From the NCBI GenBank assembly GCA_047495785.1, contig JBLDXI010000020.1, forward strand, positions 2,356,001 to 2,420,000: DNA of 64,000 nucleotides. Reading direction: 5' to 3'. This document shows, one piece after another, positions 41,886 through 54,382 of this stretch. The notes below the pieces were generated by a model, which searched no databases, was not told the origin of the DNA, and saw only the letters and a list, made by a program, of their open reading frames with translations. The stretch comes from Lepidodermella squamata (lineage: Eukaryota > Animalia > Gastrotricha). The position numbers were made by a program, and so were the translations under genes. Every line of letters begins with the position of its first letter. Positions within the stretch are counted from its first letter, which is position 1.

Positions 41886-43495
41886 TTATTTTCGGGCCAA
41901 TTTCTTGTCCAGGTTTTCGCGGAGCGCGTTCAGGAAGTCCTCGGTCAGCAAATAATGCTCGGGCTTGACGTTCTTCAGGCCGTAGATGCAGCCAGCCAAG
42001 TCCTTGGTCATCTTACCCTGGTCGACGGTTTCAACACACACCTGTTCAAGGGCGTGGCTGAAGCGTTCCAACTCTTTGTTACCATCAAGGCGACCGCGGT
42101 GTTCAAGACCACGGGTCCAGGCGAAGATGGAAGCGATCGGGTTGGTGCTGGTCGGCTTTCCCTTCTGATGTTCGCGGTAGTGGCGAGTGACAGTACCATG
42201 GGCAGCTTCAGCCTCGATGGTCTTACCATCTGAAAATAAATCGGGTTTAAATTCATAATTTCCCTTATTGTCCAGGGCCACAAACCTGGGCAGACCAGAA
42301 CGGAGGTCATAAGGCCCAATGAACCATAGCCCTATGAAAAGATAAACCCATTAATTTTTTCTCAGCTATTCTCCATTCAGAGTTTTACCTGCGCAACGAC
42401 GTCAGATTGTACATCACCGTCGTAGTTTTTGCCTGATGAATAAACACGTCAATAGAATCAAAACCGCAGAATTCACAGGGACTTACAGGCCCAGACAAAT
42501 CCGCCATCGCTCTTCAAAGCCTGAGCGACCATGTCGTCAATCAAGCGGTGCTCGTACCAAATACCGGCCTCTTCGTATTTTTTCCTGTACTCCTTCTCGT
42601 AGATTTCCTCGAAGATATCCCTGAAGCTGTATTCATAAAAATGCTAATTATAGAAATGTTAATAAATTAATGAAAAGACTGACCGGCCATCGTAGCGCTT
42701 CAGAATGGTGTTTTTGGTGCTCAAATAGAGCGGCCATTTGCGCATCAAAGAGTAAGACAAGCAGCTGTGAGCGAAGCCACGGATTGACTAAAATAAATCA
42801 GAGATCTTAGATAAAGAACTGACAATAGATATCAGGATATTACCTCGTCCGTGTTGTACATGGACAGGCCAACGCCGCCACCCTCCTTGAAGTTGAAGAC
42901 AGTAATGCGCTGCTCTTTGCCACCGTTAGGGGTGTAGACCATCTCGAGTTTGCCAGGTCCAGGGACAACCATATCTTGAGCTTTGTACTGGTCACCATGA
43001 GCGTGACGACCAATGACAATAGCACGAGTCCAGCCGGGCACTAAACGCGGAATCTTCTGGCAGATGATTGGTTCTCTGAAAACGGTACCGCCCAAGATGT
43101 TACGAATAGTACCGTTCGGGCTCAGCCACATTTTCTTCAGCTTGAATTCAGCGACGCGAGCCTCATCAGGCGTGATTGTTGCGCACTTGATGGCTACGTT
43201 GTGCTTCTTGGTAGCGATAGCCGAATCAATGGTAACCTGATCATTGGTAGCATCACGGTTCGGCAATCCCAGATCGTAATACAGGCATTTAACATCGACG
43301 TAAGGGAAAACTAGTTTTTCCTTAATCCAAGCCCAGATGATGCGGGTCATTTCATCACCGTCCATCTCAACAACAGGCTTGTCGACCTTGATGCGAGCCT
43401 GGGTCGAAGCTACAGACAAACGTTTAGGTCGTTCATGATCGTAATCTGATGTATGTTTACATACCTGAGCGAATAAATTGCTTCAGAGGATTCAT
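41886..43495 (-). CDS. IDH2: NADP-dependent isocitrate dehydrogenase, mitochondrial type
   Basis: Short presequence exon [10 protein letters not shown]; [47 protein letters not shown] and [10 protein letters not shown]. Confidence 0.95.
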
Positions 43496-43678
43496 TTTGA
43501 TTATCTCTAGCTAATCAAAGCTCAATAATTGCGTAAATGCCCTAAAATTGGTTATCGCAATGAAATAATTGTTTGTCATCAGTCTCATTCATTCTTTTAA
43601 TTTGTAAATTTTTATCGCCATCTCTAGCAATACAAGAGTCTCCACAATTTTCAGCAGCATCACATAAAGCACCACATT

Positions 43679-44149
43679 TTACTTCAGAGGAATGAAACGC
43701 GAAGAGTGGGTGGCACCGATACCAGGGCGACCGTGCTTGACTGGCTTGTAGGTGATGCTGAATTCACCAAGGTAGTGACCAATCATATCAGGCTTGATTT
43801 CAACTTGGTTGAAGGTCTTGCCGTTGTAGATGCCAATAATGCTGCCAACCATTTCTGGGAGGATCAACATGTCGCGCAAATGTGTTTTCACAGTCGCTGG
43901 CTTCTCGTGAAGAGCAGCGGATTTCTTAGCCTTCCGCAGCTTCTTAAGAAGAGTCTGATACTTCCTCTTCATTCCCTGGCGATTCAGATGCCTCCTGGCG
44001 CGGCAACCGAGCAACTCTTTCAGCTGATCCATGGACATGTCCAAAAGCTGGTCAAGATCGACACCACGGTACGTGTACTTCTTCAAGACACGCTTCTTCT
44101 TCTTCTCGGCCAACTCCTCGGCGGTAAGGTGCGATTCTTCTTCGGCCAT
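43679..44149 (-). CDS. RPS15: 40S ribosomal protein S15 (uS19), intronless CDS
   Basis: [27 protein letters not shown] and [14 protein letters not shown]. Confidence 0.98.
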   Translation of the reverse strand: MAEEESHLTAEELAEKKKKRVLKKYTYRGVDLDQLLDMSMDQLKELLGCRARRHLNRQGMKRKYQTLLKKLRKAKKSAALHEKPATVKTHLRDMLILPEMVGSIIGIYNGKTFNQVEIKPDMIGHYLGEFSITYKPVKHGRPGIGATHSSRFIPLK

Positions 44150-45202
44150 TATAAATAGCTTGAAGTATCACTTACTACAAAAATAAGCAGGTATTAACGG
44201 TAAGTCCACATTATCGACTTTTGAACAAGGAATCAGACAAATAAACAATTTTGTTGATTCGCATTCTTGAGACTCAAACAAAGGCATCATACGGCTATTA
44301 GATATTTAAACCAAATTCATTGATTAATACATTGAAAGTGTTCATAGTCAGCAATCGAAACATGAAATTTACAATATAGGTATTAAGCACAAATTGAAGG
44401 ACGCTCAGATAATCGAGATAAGTAACTGAAACATTATCGGATTACAAAAAAGTCTATTAAAATCAGGTGGTGTAGAAGAGGCTGGAATAATAATAAAAAG
44501 TGTGGACGATACGTCTTCTTTTTAAATTAGAGGTATGTCGCGCAGCAAACCTATAATAACCTAGAACATCTCAACACGGATCTCGGATCTTAACGAGAAA
44601 CAGGGATTCTCAATTTTCAACAACTCCACTTTGCAAACGTAGTCGGCGCGGTCACATTTTCCACATTGGGTCATTTATTTTGTGACGCTATTTATTGTTA
44701 AAATTTTGCATGTCCTAATATCTTTGTTAGAATATATTATAAACAGTACCGTCACAAATATTTTTAGTAATTTGACGGAGTGTTCGCGGGTAACTCAGCC
44801 GCTAACTTTTCTGGGGTCCCATGTTGGCGCTGCGGTTTCTCGCACACCTTTGCAAAGGCTAGAAAAAGGTTTCTCGTTTTTGTCTTGGCTGAAGCAGCTG
44901 CGGAACTAAAAATGTTTACCCAGAACCCAGAGGCTGGGTATTATCTTTGTTGTATCTTTGTTGTTTGTTGAGAAAACTTTTGGATTTGGCGAAAGGCGAA
45001 ACATATCGTCGCTATAAGTAGTTTAATTTCTTGAAGTACCCGACAATTTTTGAGGGTGCTATAGTAACATGTAACATGTAATATTGTAGGGACCATGTAG
45101 ACACTCGCCGGGTTCTGTGCATACCTATAGCTTCACAAACATTCTTTTCATTTCAAAGATTCTGCTTAATCAATTTATTACTTGAATTTGTGACATTTTA
45201 CC

Positions 45203-46014
45203 ATGACCTACATTAAAATTTGCCTAGTAATATTCTATGTTCTTGCTTGCTGGTTTCATCTACATTTTGCCAAAATGAATATCGATGACTCATTTACGAT
45301 CGAAGCCACTGCTACGCATTCTGCGAGCTTCATTTTCTTACACGGGCTTGGCGATTCTGGGTTTGGCGTTCATGCTTGGTTGAAATCTGTTGGTTTCAAG
45401 CCACTTGGTCATGTGAAGTACATTTTTCCCACTGCTCCGATGAGAGCTGTTACTGCCAATGGAGGGATGACGATGAACTCGTGGTTCAACATTTTAAGTT
45501 TCAAGCCCTTTGCGACGCAGGATGAGGTACATAGCTTTCTCATCTAGTGGTAGCCTCATCCATAAATCCAAATTAACAGGCTGAAGTTACTGATGCCGCA
45601 AAGATTATAGACAGACTGATTGAAGAGGAGAAACAGTTGGGAATTCCATACGAAAGGATAGTTATTGGGGGACTCTCTCAAGGAGGTGCTGTCTCTCTGT
45701 TCTGGACCTTAACGCGCCCCATCAAAGTCGGTGGTGTCGTCGCTCTTTCCACGTGGCTAGCATCGGAAATCTTCCCAGATGGATTTTCTGGAGAAGCTGC
45801 GAATAAACTTTTCATTGGTCACGGCGGTAAGGATAAATTGATTTACTTGAAATGGGCCAAGAAAGGTCACGATATTGTACGAAGTCTCATGCCGGAAAAC
45901 GAACACCATGTTTACGAAGGCCTTGATCACAGCTTGTGTCGTGAAGAAATGCGAGACATTTCGAAGTTTGTTGACGAAAATCTGCCATCTACTCGGGATC
46001 CTTCTGAACTCTAA
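45203..46014 (+). CDS. Acyl-protein thioesterase (LYPLA/APT)-like copy 1 with hydrophobic N-terminal extension
   Basis: IFLHGLGD, YIFPTAP and GLSQGG with the Asp and His of the triad present; one intron at ~45527-45579. Confidence 0.88.
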
Positions 46015-46139
46015 TCTCCGAGTTTCCTATAGCCTACTTTTCTGCTTCACGTTCCAAATGTGCAGAGCTAAAACTTCGTATTTATCCGAGGTCCTATATG
46101 TGAATAAAATTAGTTGGATTTAATTATTTCACCAATAGA

Positions 46140-46878
46140 ATGTTCCGACAATTAGCTCCTGTAATAATTAAGCCTTCCGCTAAGCATTCAGCCAGCGTAA
46201 TATTTCTGCATGGACGTGGAGATAACGGCGAAGGCATCAAACAGTGGCTTGAGCATGTGGGATTTGTTCCTGTGAAATCGGTCAAGTACATTTTTCCCAC
46301 AGCCCCTATTGTACCTTACACTTTGGCGGGGGGCGAGAAGATGCCTTGCTGGTTTGACTGTACAGCGGCAAAGCCGCAGCGAGTCGAGAACATGGTACGT
46401 AATAGTAGTCATTAATTATTTGTATGATCTCTCCTGAATCATTGACCAGGCCGATGTGAAACGCGCAACGAGCTTTATTGATGAGTTGATTGACGAAGAA
46501 GAGAAATCAGGCATTAACTCGAACAAAATTGTCGTTGGTGGTTTTTCTCAAGGCGGGGCAATAGCTTTATATTGGGCTGCTACTCGGCCCAAAAAGATAG
46601 CTGGAATAATTGCTTTATCTACTTGGTTGCCATGTACTAGTAAATTTCCTGATGAATTTACTGGTAATCCTTTGAACCATGTATTTATCGGGCATGGCAC
46701 TGATGATGACATGATATCTTTGAGCTGGGCGAAGAAGAGTCACGATGTTGTTGGAAAACTCATGCCAAATACGACCTGCAAAGTTTACGAGGGTCTCGAT
46801 CATCAACTAGATCCGGATGAAATCAGTGAGGTTGATAAATTCATATCTTCGCGTCTATCTGCCGGCGATAATGAATAA
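46140..46878 (+). CDS. Acyl-protein thioesterase-like copy 2
   Basis: IFLHGRGD, GFSQGG, HGTDD and LDH; intron in the same position as in copies 1 and 3. Confidence 0.88.
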
Positions 46879-46994
46879 TAAACAATTATTTATTCCAGTA
46901 GATTTTTTACAAGTAATTTGGACTGGCTCGGCGTTTGTTAGATCGGTTTTTCGATTGCTTCCAAAGGCCTCAGCAGCAGCGATCACTTCTCGGC

Positions 46995-47747
46995 ATGGCG
47001 TCATCGCAAGGTTATGCTCCTGTTATCATCAAGCCTTCAGCCAAGCATTCGGCCAGCGTCATCTTTTTGCACGGTCTGGGCGATACTGGCCACGGATGGG
47101 CCGAGGCTTTTCAGGAAATAGCGGCGCCACATGTTCGTTACGTGTTCCCGACTGCACCCGTTGCGCCGGTCACGCTAAATGGAGGCATGAAAATGCATTC
47201 CTGGTTCGATATTCAAGGTCTGGCCGCTAACGCATCTCAAGACGAGGTTAGTAACTTTTTCATTTTCGAGTTCTAATTACTGATGATATATAGTATTTAA
47301 ATAATTGAATGTTATTACTAATACTAGGCTGGAATAAGAGCGGCCGCTGATACACTTGAGCAATTGGTCGCTGAGGAAGAAAAGGCTGGCATTCCTCTGA
47401 ATAGAATCATTGTCGGCGGATTCTCTCAAGGAGGCGCGGTCTCATTGTTTTACACGCTTACTCGCCCGAAAGCACTCGCCGGCGTAACGGCGCTTTCTTG
47501 TTGGTTGCCTCTTCACACTGCCTTCCCGGCGCAATTCGCCGGCGCCAATACGGTGAAAGTTCTACAGTGTCACGGAACTAGCGACCCTCTGGTGCCGTTG
47601 ATGTGGGCGGAACTCAGCCATCGTTTGATTAAACAGTTGCTTCCGAACTCAGTTTTCAAGCGCTACGATGGGATGATGCACTCATCGTGCGATGCTGAAA
47701 TGAGCGACATCAAACACTTCATTGAAGAAAACCTGCCACCGCAATGA
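46995..47747 (+). CDS. LYPLA1: Acyl-protein thioesterase 1/2, most conserved copy 3
   Basis: IFLHGLGDTGHGWAEAF, PVTLNGG..M.SWFDI, GFSQGG, LSCWLPLH, QCHGTSDPLVP and GMMHSSC. Confidence 0.92.
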
Positions 47748-48194
47748 ATTTAACGGAACGAATTTTTTAGATATAAAATAATCGGTTTGTTGTAATAGCG
47801 GAATAGAGAACGGCAATACTACGTAAAGGTATCGGAACCTTACAGCTTTAACTGTTTTTAATATGTGGATCTCTGGTGGTGAAAAGTCGCTATGATTATA
47901 AAAAAAACCGAGGTATTATCGATATTAGAGTAGTAATTCAATATATTGAAGGCAAAATCTGTGTTGTCTAAGCCAGTAAATTCTTCTCGTGACGATTTTC
48001 AGATGTCGCTACCTGTGCTCATTTCATGGCTGTCTTGCGTCATTTAAACAAAGAAAGATAAAATTTCTCGTATTTGTGCCTTGTGCTATTTTGTTTGTGC
48101 TGCGTCAATCAGAAATAATTATATAACTCTTCTTGGAAGTAAAAATAATTTGGTCATCCGCCTCGAATTACAAGTTTTTGTGTTTTTAGGAATT

Positions 48195-48863
48195 ATGATT
48201 AAGTTGATAGCGGTATCTGCAATATGTGCCGCGACTTGCTCTGGACTGAATTGGTACTTCGATCAATTGATCGCCTACCGAATGGCCTCTAACCCGGACC
48301 AAGCAATCAGCCCCATAAATGGCCTCCTCGATTCGTTTTGCCATTTTATCTACGCCCTGCTCATCTGGCTTGCCATAAAATTCACGGTCGTAAATAGCGT
48401 TTTATTAAGCTGGACGCAGTATTTGTCAGGAAATTTGCCTTTCGGAGTGATTTGCGGTATATTAGCAGTTCTAGTCGATCTAGACCATTTTATAGCTGCC
48501 GGTTCGTTATCGCTTCAAGCTGCCACGTCCCTACAACAGCGGCCTTTTCTACACAACACACTTATCGTGGTTTATCTCGTCATTTGTTACTGCTATGTTT
48601 TATTCCGCCTCGACAGCTTTCGATATGTGACATGCCTGGCTGTTGCTATAATAGCTGTGCTTAGCCAACATTTGAGGGACGGAATTCGGCGAGGTTTCAT
48701 GTTTCGGTTTTACCCGCTATCTCACGAGGTCCATACCCGCGAGATATCATATTTTGAACAAGCTGTGATAACAGTGCTTATGATCTGTTTGATCAGCGTG
48801 TCTATGAATTATTTTATTTTGAAAAACGAAAAATCTCTACTACCTCGAATGAATTCCGCTTAA
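48195..48863 (+). CDS. TMEM267: Transmembrane protein 267-like, intronless
   Basis: D...H...W, VDLDHFIAAGSLSLQAATSLQQRPFLHN and HLRDGIRRG motifs; hydrophobic segments. First ATG is at 48195. Confidence 0.82.
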   Translation: MIKLIAVSAICAATCSGLNWYFDQLIAYRMASNPDQAISPINGLLDSFCHFIYALLIWLAIKFTVVNSVLLSWTQYLSGNLPFGVICGILAVLVDLDHFIAAGSLSLQAATSLQQRPFLHNTLIVVYLVICYCYVLFRLDSFRYVTCLAVAIIAVLSQHLRDGIRRGFMFRFYPLSHEVHTREISYFEQAVITVLMICLISVSMNYFILKNEKSLLPRMNSA

Positions 48864-48923
48864 TTTATTGATTATTTCTTATTATAATTCTATTTTATTA
48901 TAGGATGAGCATTTATTAATTAA

Positions 48924-51900
48924 ATGTCGTTCTTAGCCAAGACCCTCCCGGCTCGCCTTAACGCGACCAATCTGCAATGCATCGAGCGGTCTTTGTGTCA
49001 AAAGGCGGCCAAGCCTAAGGCAGAAAAACCGCCACCGCAAGGTACTCCGTACAAAAATTTGACGATTGGTCTGCCGAAAGAGAGCTTCACCAATGAGAAA
49101 CGTGTCGCCTTAGTCCCGTCTGTCGTTCAGACGCTGACGAAGAAGGGCTTCCAGGTGCTGGTTGAAGACGGCGCCGGAGCTGCGGCGAACTTCACGAACG
49201 GCAAATACACCGATGCCGGCGCGAAAATCGTCGACCGTAAACAGGCGTTTGGAGCGGCTGATATCGTCCTGAAAGTCCGCGCCCCTGAGGCTAATGAAGT
49301 AGCGTTGTTCAAGGACCGCGCCAATTTGATTAGCTTCGTCTACCCGGCTCGTAACAAGGAACTTCTCGACGCGTTGGCTAAGCGAAAATTGACCGTTTTC
49401 GCCATGGATTGTGTTCCTCGTATTTCGAGGGCGCAAGTTTTCGACGCGCTGTCTTCGATGGCTAACATCGCTGGTTACAAGGCTGTTATCGAAGCCGCGA
49501 ATCATTTCGGCGGCTTTTTCGCTGGCCAAATCACCGCGGCCGGTAAGGTTCAACCGGCCAAGGTTTTGGTAATCGGCGGTGGTGTAGCTGGTCTGGCGGC
49601 GATTGGCACTGCGCGAAATCTCGGTGCGATTGTTCGTGGTTTTGACACACGTTCGGCTGTGCGTGAGCAGGTCGAATCGTTCGGAGCTGAATTTTTGGAA
49701 GTGACTGGAATCAAGGAATCTGGCGATGGCGCTGGCGGTTACGCCAAGGAAATGTCGAAGGAATTCATCGAAGCGGAAATGAAATTGTTCGCGAAACAGG
49801 CGAAGGAGGTCGACATTATCATCACGACTGCCCTGATCCCTGGCAAACCGGCACCGAAACTGATTTTACGGCACATGATCGAATCTATGAAGGAAGGCTC
49901 TGTTGTTGTCGACCTTGCATCTGAAATGGGCGGAAACATCGAGACGACCAAAGTGGGCGAGCTGTACAAGTACAAGGGCGTTACCCACATCGGTTACACC
50001 GACTTCCCGAGCAGACTGCCGACTCAATCGAGTACTCTGTACGCCAATAACATTTCGAAATTGCTGTTGAGCTTCGGAGAACGCGACCACTTTCACATCA
50101 ACATGGTGAGTATGATTCTCTAAATCGATTGCTTTTCTATCAAATTATCTTGCAATATCGCGTGAAAATTTAATCTACTCATGGTGTGCATGACCTAATA
50201 TTTCTCACCCCTAGGCGAAATGATTCAATTTATTTTTGAGCCCAAGTTATAAGATTACGTTTTCTACTCGGGTATTTGCGTATTATGTACGTGTCGATGG
50301 CTGTTTCGAAAAAGTGACATAATATAAAGGGGTTATCAGAGTAGAATTCAATCAAAAGTTTGCGATAAGTTCGTTATTTGAAAATGAATTGATCATAATT
50401 TATTTTCCTAATTTCCAAATACCGGAAAATACATGCAAATTGGGTGGATAAGAAATGAAATAGATTTGGACTTCTGGTATGCTGGTATGTGAATAATCGA
50501 TTTCACACAATGGCACGCTTATTTTGAAATGAAATGTTCTGCTTTTGACTTTTGGTCAGTCTCGTTCTTGTTGACTTTGAGCAAAAGAGACATTTTCATG
50601 AAAATAGCTCCCTCCCACAACCATAGATGTCAAAAATACAGAAAAATAGAGAATCGAGGTACGTAATTACTCATCGATTCACTCCACTGGCTTTTAGGTT
50701 GCCAAGCTCGTTGCAAATATTTATGTATGATTTTTTTGGCAGGCTGACGATGTTGTGCGCGGATCGATCATCCTCAAAGAGGGTGAGATGATGTGGCCTC
50801 CACCGGCTATCAAGGATCCGAGCCCACCCGCACCCCCGAAACCGGCCGCCGCTAAGAAGGATGCGAAAGAAGCTGCCCCTGTCGACCTCTACAAAGACCG
50901 CTTGAAGGACGCTGTTGCCTACTCCGCCGGTCTCGGTGGTGTCATTGGCCTCGGTATCATCTCGCCCGGCTCGGCTTTCGCTCAAATGGTCGCTACTTTC
51001 AGCTTGTCTGGCATCGTCGGCTACCACACCGTTTGGGGAGTCACCCCGGCCCTCCACTCGCCTCTCATGTCCGTCACCAACGCTATCTCGGGTATCACGG
51101 CTGTCGGTGGTCTCGTCCTGATGGGCGGCGGCTTCTTCCCGTCGAACACCCCGCAAACCCTGGCTGCCATTGCGACCTTGATTTCGTCCGTCAACATCGG
51201 CGGTGGTTTCGTGGTCACCCAACGTATGTTGGACATGTTCCGTCGCCCGACTGACCCGAAAGAATACAACTACATGTACGGAGTCCCGGCCGCTGTTTTC
51301 CTCGGAGCTTACGGTCTTGCTGCTTCCCATGGAGGTTACCCTGATATCCACCAAATGGCCTACCTCGCCGCGTCGCTCTGCTGCGTCGGCGCTTTGACCG
51401 GTCTCAGCTCGCAGAAAACTGCCCGTGTCGGCAACGCCCTGGGCATTATCGGTGTTACGGGAGGTCTTACCGCTACCTTCGGCTCACTCATGCCAATCGA
51501 CCCAGCCACCTTAACGCAGATGGGTGTTCTGTTGGGAACTGGTCTCGGCATTGGTGGTGTTGTTGCTAAACGAATGGAAGTCACTGATCTGCCTCAAATG
51601 GTCGCGTTGTACCACAGCTTGGTCGGTATGGCCGCTGTTTTGACCTGTATCGCCAATTACATGCACGAATACGCGCATTTCGCCACTGACCCGGCCGCTA
51701 ACGTCATCAAGACCTTCTTGTTCCTCGGCACTTACATCGGTGGTGTTACTTTCACCGGCTCGCTGATTGCCTACGGTAAACTGCAGGGTGTTCTGAAGTC
51801 TGACCCCCTCTTGCTGCCTGGTCGCCACGCTTTGAATGCCAGTCTTCTGCTCGGCAACGTTGCTGCCCTGGTTTACTACATGAATTCTGGCAGCCAAATG

Positions 51901-52812
51901 GCTGGTTTGAGCATGCTGTACGCCACTTCGATCCTGTCTGGTGTCATGGGTGTCACTTTGACCGCGGCTATCGGCGGCGCTGATATGCCTGTTGTCATCA
52001 CGGTTTTGAACTCTTACTCTGGCTGGGCTCTTTGCGCAGAAGGTTTCATGCTTAACAACAATCTGATGACCGTCGTCGGTGCGCTGATCGGCTCGTCCGG
52101 TGCCATTTTGTCCTACATCATGTGCAAGGCGATGAACCGCTCGCTGCCCAACGTCATTCTCGGCGGCTACGGTGTCCCGACTGGCAAGCCTATGGCTATC
52201 ACTGGCACCCACACCGAGGTCAACGTCGATCAAACCGTTGAAATGATTATGCAATCGAAGAACATCATCATCACCCCTGGCTACGGTATGTGCGTCGCCA
52301 AGGCCCAATACCCGATCAGTGAGATGGTTAAGCTCCTCAAGACCAAGGGCATCAACGTCCGTTTCGGTATTCACCCCGTCGCCGGTCGTATGCCTGGTCA
52401 GTTGAACGTCCTGTTGGCTGAGGCTGGTGTGCCATATGATGTTGTGCTCGAAATGGATGAAATCAATCACGACTTCCCAAATACCGACTTGGTCCTGGTC
52501 ATCGGTGCCAATGACACCGTCAACTCGGCTGCGGAGGATGATCCCAACTCGATCATCGCTGGTATGCCAGTTCTTCGCGTCTGGCTCTCGAAACAGGTTA
52601 GACCTTAACAGGGTTATCCAAAAACTCCTCCTTAACGATTTATTTTCCAGGTCGTTGTTATGAAGCGTTCTCTCGGCGTCGGTTACGCTGCTGTTGACAA
52701 TCCTATCTTCTTCAAACCGAACACTGGCATGCTTTTGGGTGATGCTAAGAAGATGTGCGACGCTCTCCTCACCAAGCTTAGGGAGCATATCAAGGAGGAT
52801 GGCGCTGCATAA
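48924..52812 (+). CDS. NNT: Mitochondrial NAD(P) transhydrogenase (dI-dII-dIII in one chain), 3 exons
   Basis: Presequence; [51 protein letters not shown] and [11 protein letters not shown]. Introns ~50106-50742 and 52597-52650. Confidence 0.98.
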
Positions 52813-53472
52813 AAACGCCATTAAAACCACTATTTTTGACAATTCATTCTCGCAGCTCTTCCTCGTTCGTTTCGAGATTATTATAAATGTAGCATTCTTT
52901 ATCCAAAGATATATGATAGTTCCAAACTATATCGACGGGCGCATGTCGTTTTTTTGAGTTCATAATTTATGCTCAGAGCACGTTCATGCAAAACACTTTT
53001 TAGTCTCTTCTCCACGATGATGAAAACTAATCACCTAGTATTTTATCTCGGCTCGTCTTGTTGTTGTTCTAAAACTAGTGCATTCGAATGATAATTATTA
53101 CGATATGGTGGTTCGTCGTTCCGCATCCAAGATGTAGTGCTGTCCAACGTAACAGCCCGGTTGTGTGAGACGCAATCATCAGTTCTGCAGCATTATCTTC
53201 CATTACCAGTGAATTGTTTCGCTTTACTCAATTATTTGAAAGTATAGACTTGAGTTCAACGCACCCTCGATAAAAATGGTCCACATTTTTTTTGCGAAAT
53301 TTTTGGTTGAATGCTATTATATTTGCGTGACAAAATTTAGTTGTGGTATTATAAATAATTATCGATCATGTGAAAAAATTGTTTACTGCCACCGCGATTC
53401 ACTCTGCCCTATTATAGCGAAAATCCATGCAAATTGTGTTTTTTTATTATTTTAGAGCTTTTTCAATTTACG

Positions 53473-54304
53473 ATGGCTCAAAAGAATTTGAAAATTATTT
53501 CATGGAACACGGACGGTTTGGACCTTGCTGAAATGGAAGTTCGCGCCGATTGCTTAGCTGAAGTCCTTCTCCAGTATTTAATTTGCATTTTATTGTTTTG
53601 AAATTAATTTTTGCTCTGATTTCAGTTCGAATGCTGATATTGTTCTATTGCAAGAAGTCGTATCACAAACTGCCTCTATTTTCGATGAAAAATTGAGAGG
53701 AACTTATTGGATGAACTACAGCTCGACTACCAGTCCTTATTTTACTGCAATTTGCGTTAAAAAGGGAGGTAGTATGGTAACTTCGGCTTATTACGAGCCG
53801 TTCTTAACTTCTAGCTTGGATCGAGGTTTACAGATGACGGAGGCAATAATCTATGGATTGCCTGTAACAATCATCACATCTCACTTGGAAAGCAAGAAAG
53901 GCTCTTCAGCCGAGCGAATTTTACAGCTGAGAACTCTTTTTGAAACAGCGAAAGCGTCTTCACATGACAGGGTTGTATTTCTCGGCGGAGATTTCAACTT
54001 GCAAGATATTGAGTTGAAATCCTCTGGGGGAATACCCACTGGTTTTGCTGATGCGTGGGAAGCTACGGGTTGTAAGGAAGTCGAAAAATGGACCTGGGAT
54101 ATGGAGACAAATTGCAATTTACAAGGCTCTTGGAGCCAAAAACCTCGCAGTCGTTTTGATAGAATCTATTTCGGCTCTGGAGATCTTTTTCATATTCAGC
54201 CACTAAAATTTGAATTAATAGGTCGTCAACCGATGACACCGATGCACAGATTCCCATCAGATCACTGGGGCCTTAGTTTTTTATGCAAAGTCGACCTTCC
54301 CTAA
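53473..54304 (+). CDS. TDP2-like EEP phosphodiesterase copy A (catalytic domain only)
   Basis: ISWNTDGLD, LQEV, TSHLES, GGDFNL, TWD..N, RFDR and PSDHWG. The ATG lies just before the catalytic domain. Confidence 0.88.
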
Positions 54305-54382
54305 TTTTGTATCGATATTGTCTACCCTTTTTATTTCAACCCCTTTAAATTTGTTGTAGATCGTTACAAAAAAGGAATAAAA

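Noticed and set aside
44200-44300. C/D snoRNA-like ATGATG...CTGA upstream of RPS15 on the minus strand
   Set aside because: Imperfect box C, no terminal stem and no identifiable rRNA guide.
49110-52842. Long antisense ORFs over NNT (443, 227 and 147 aa) and similar ones over RPS15, DHX38, the OSBP gene and LOXHD1
   Set aside because: They are shadows of codon-biased sense genes and contain no recognisable motifs.
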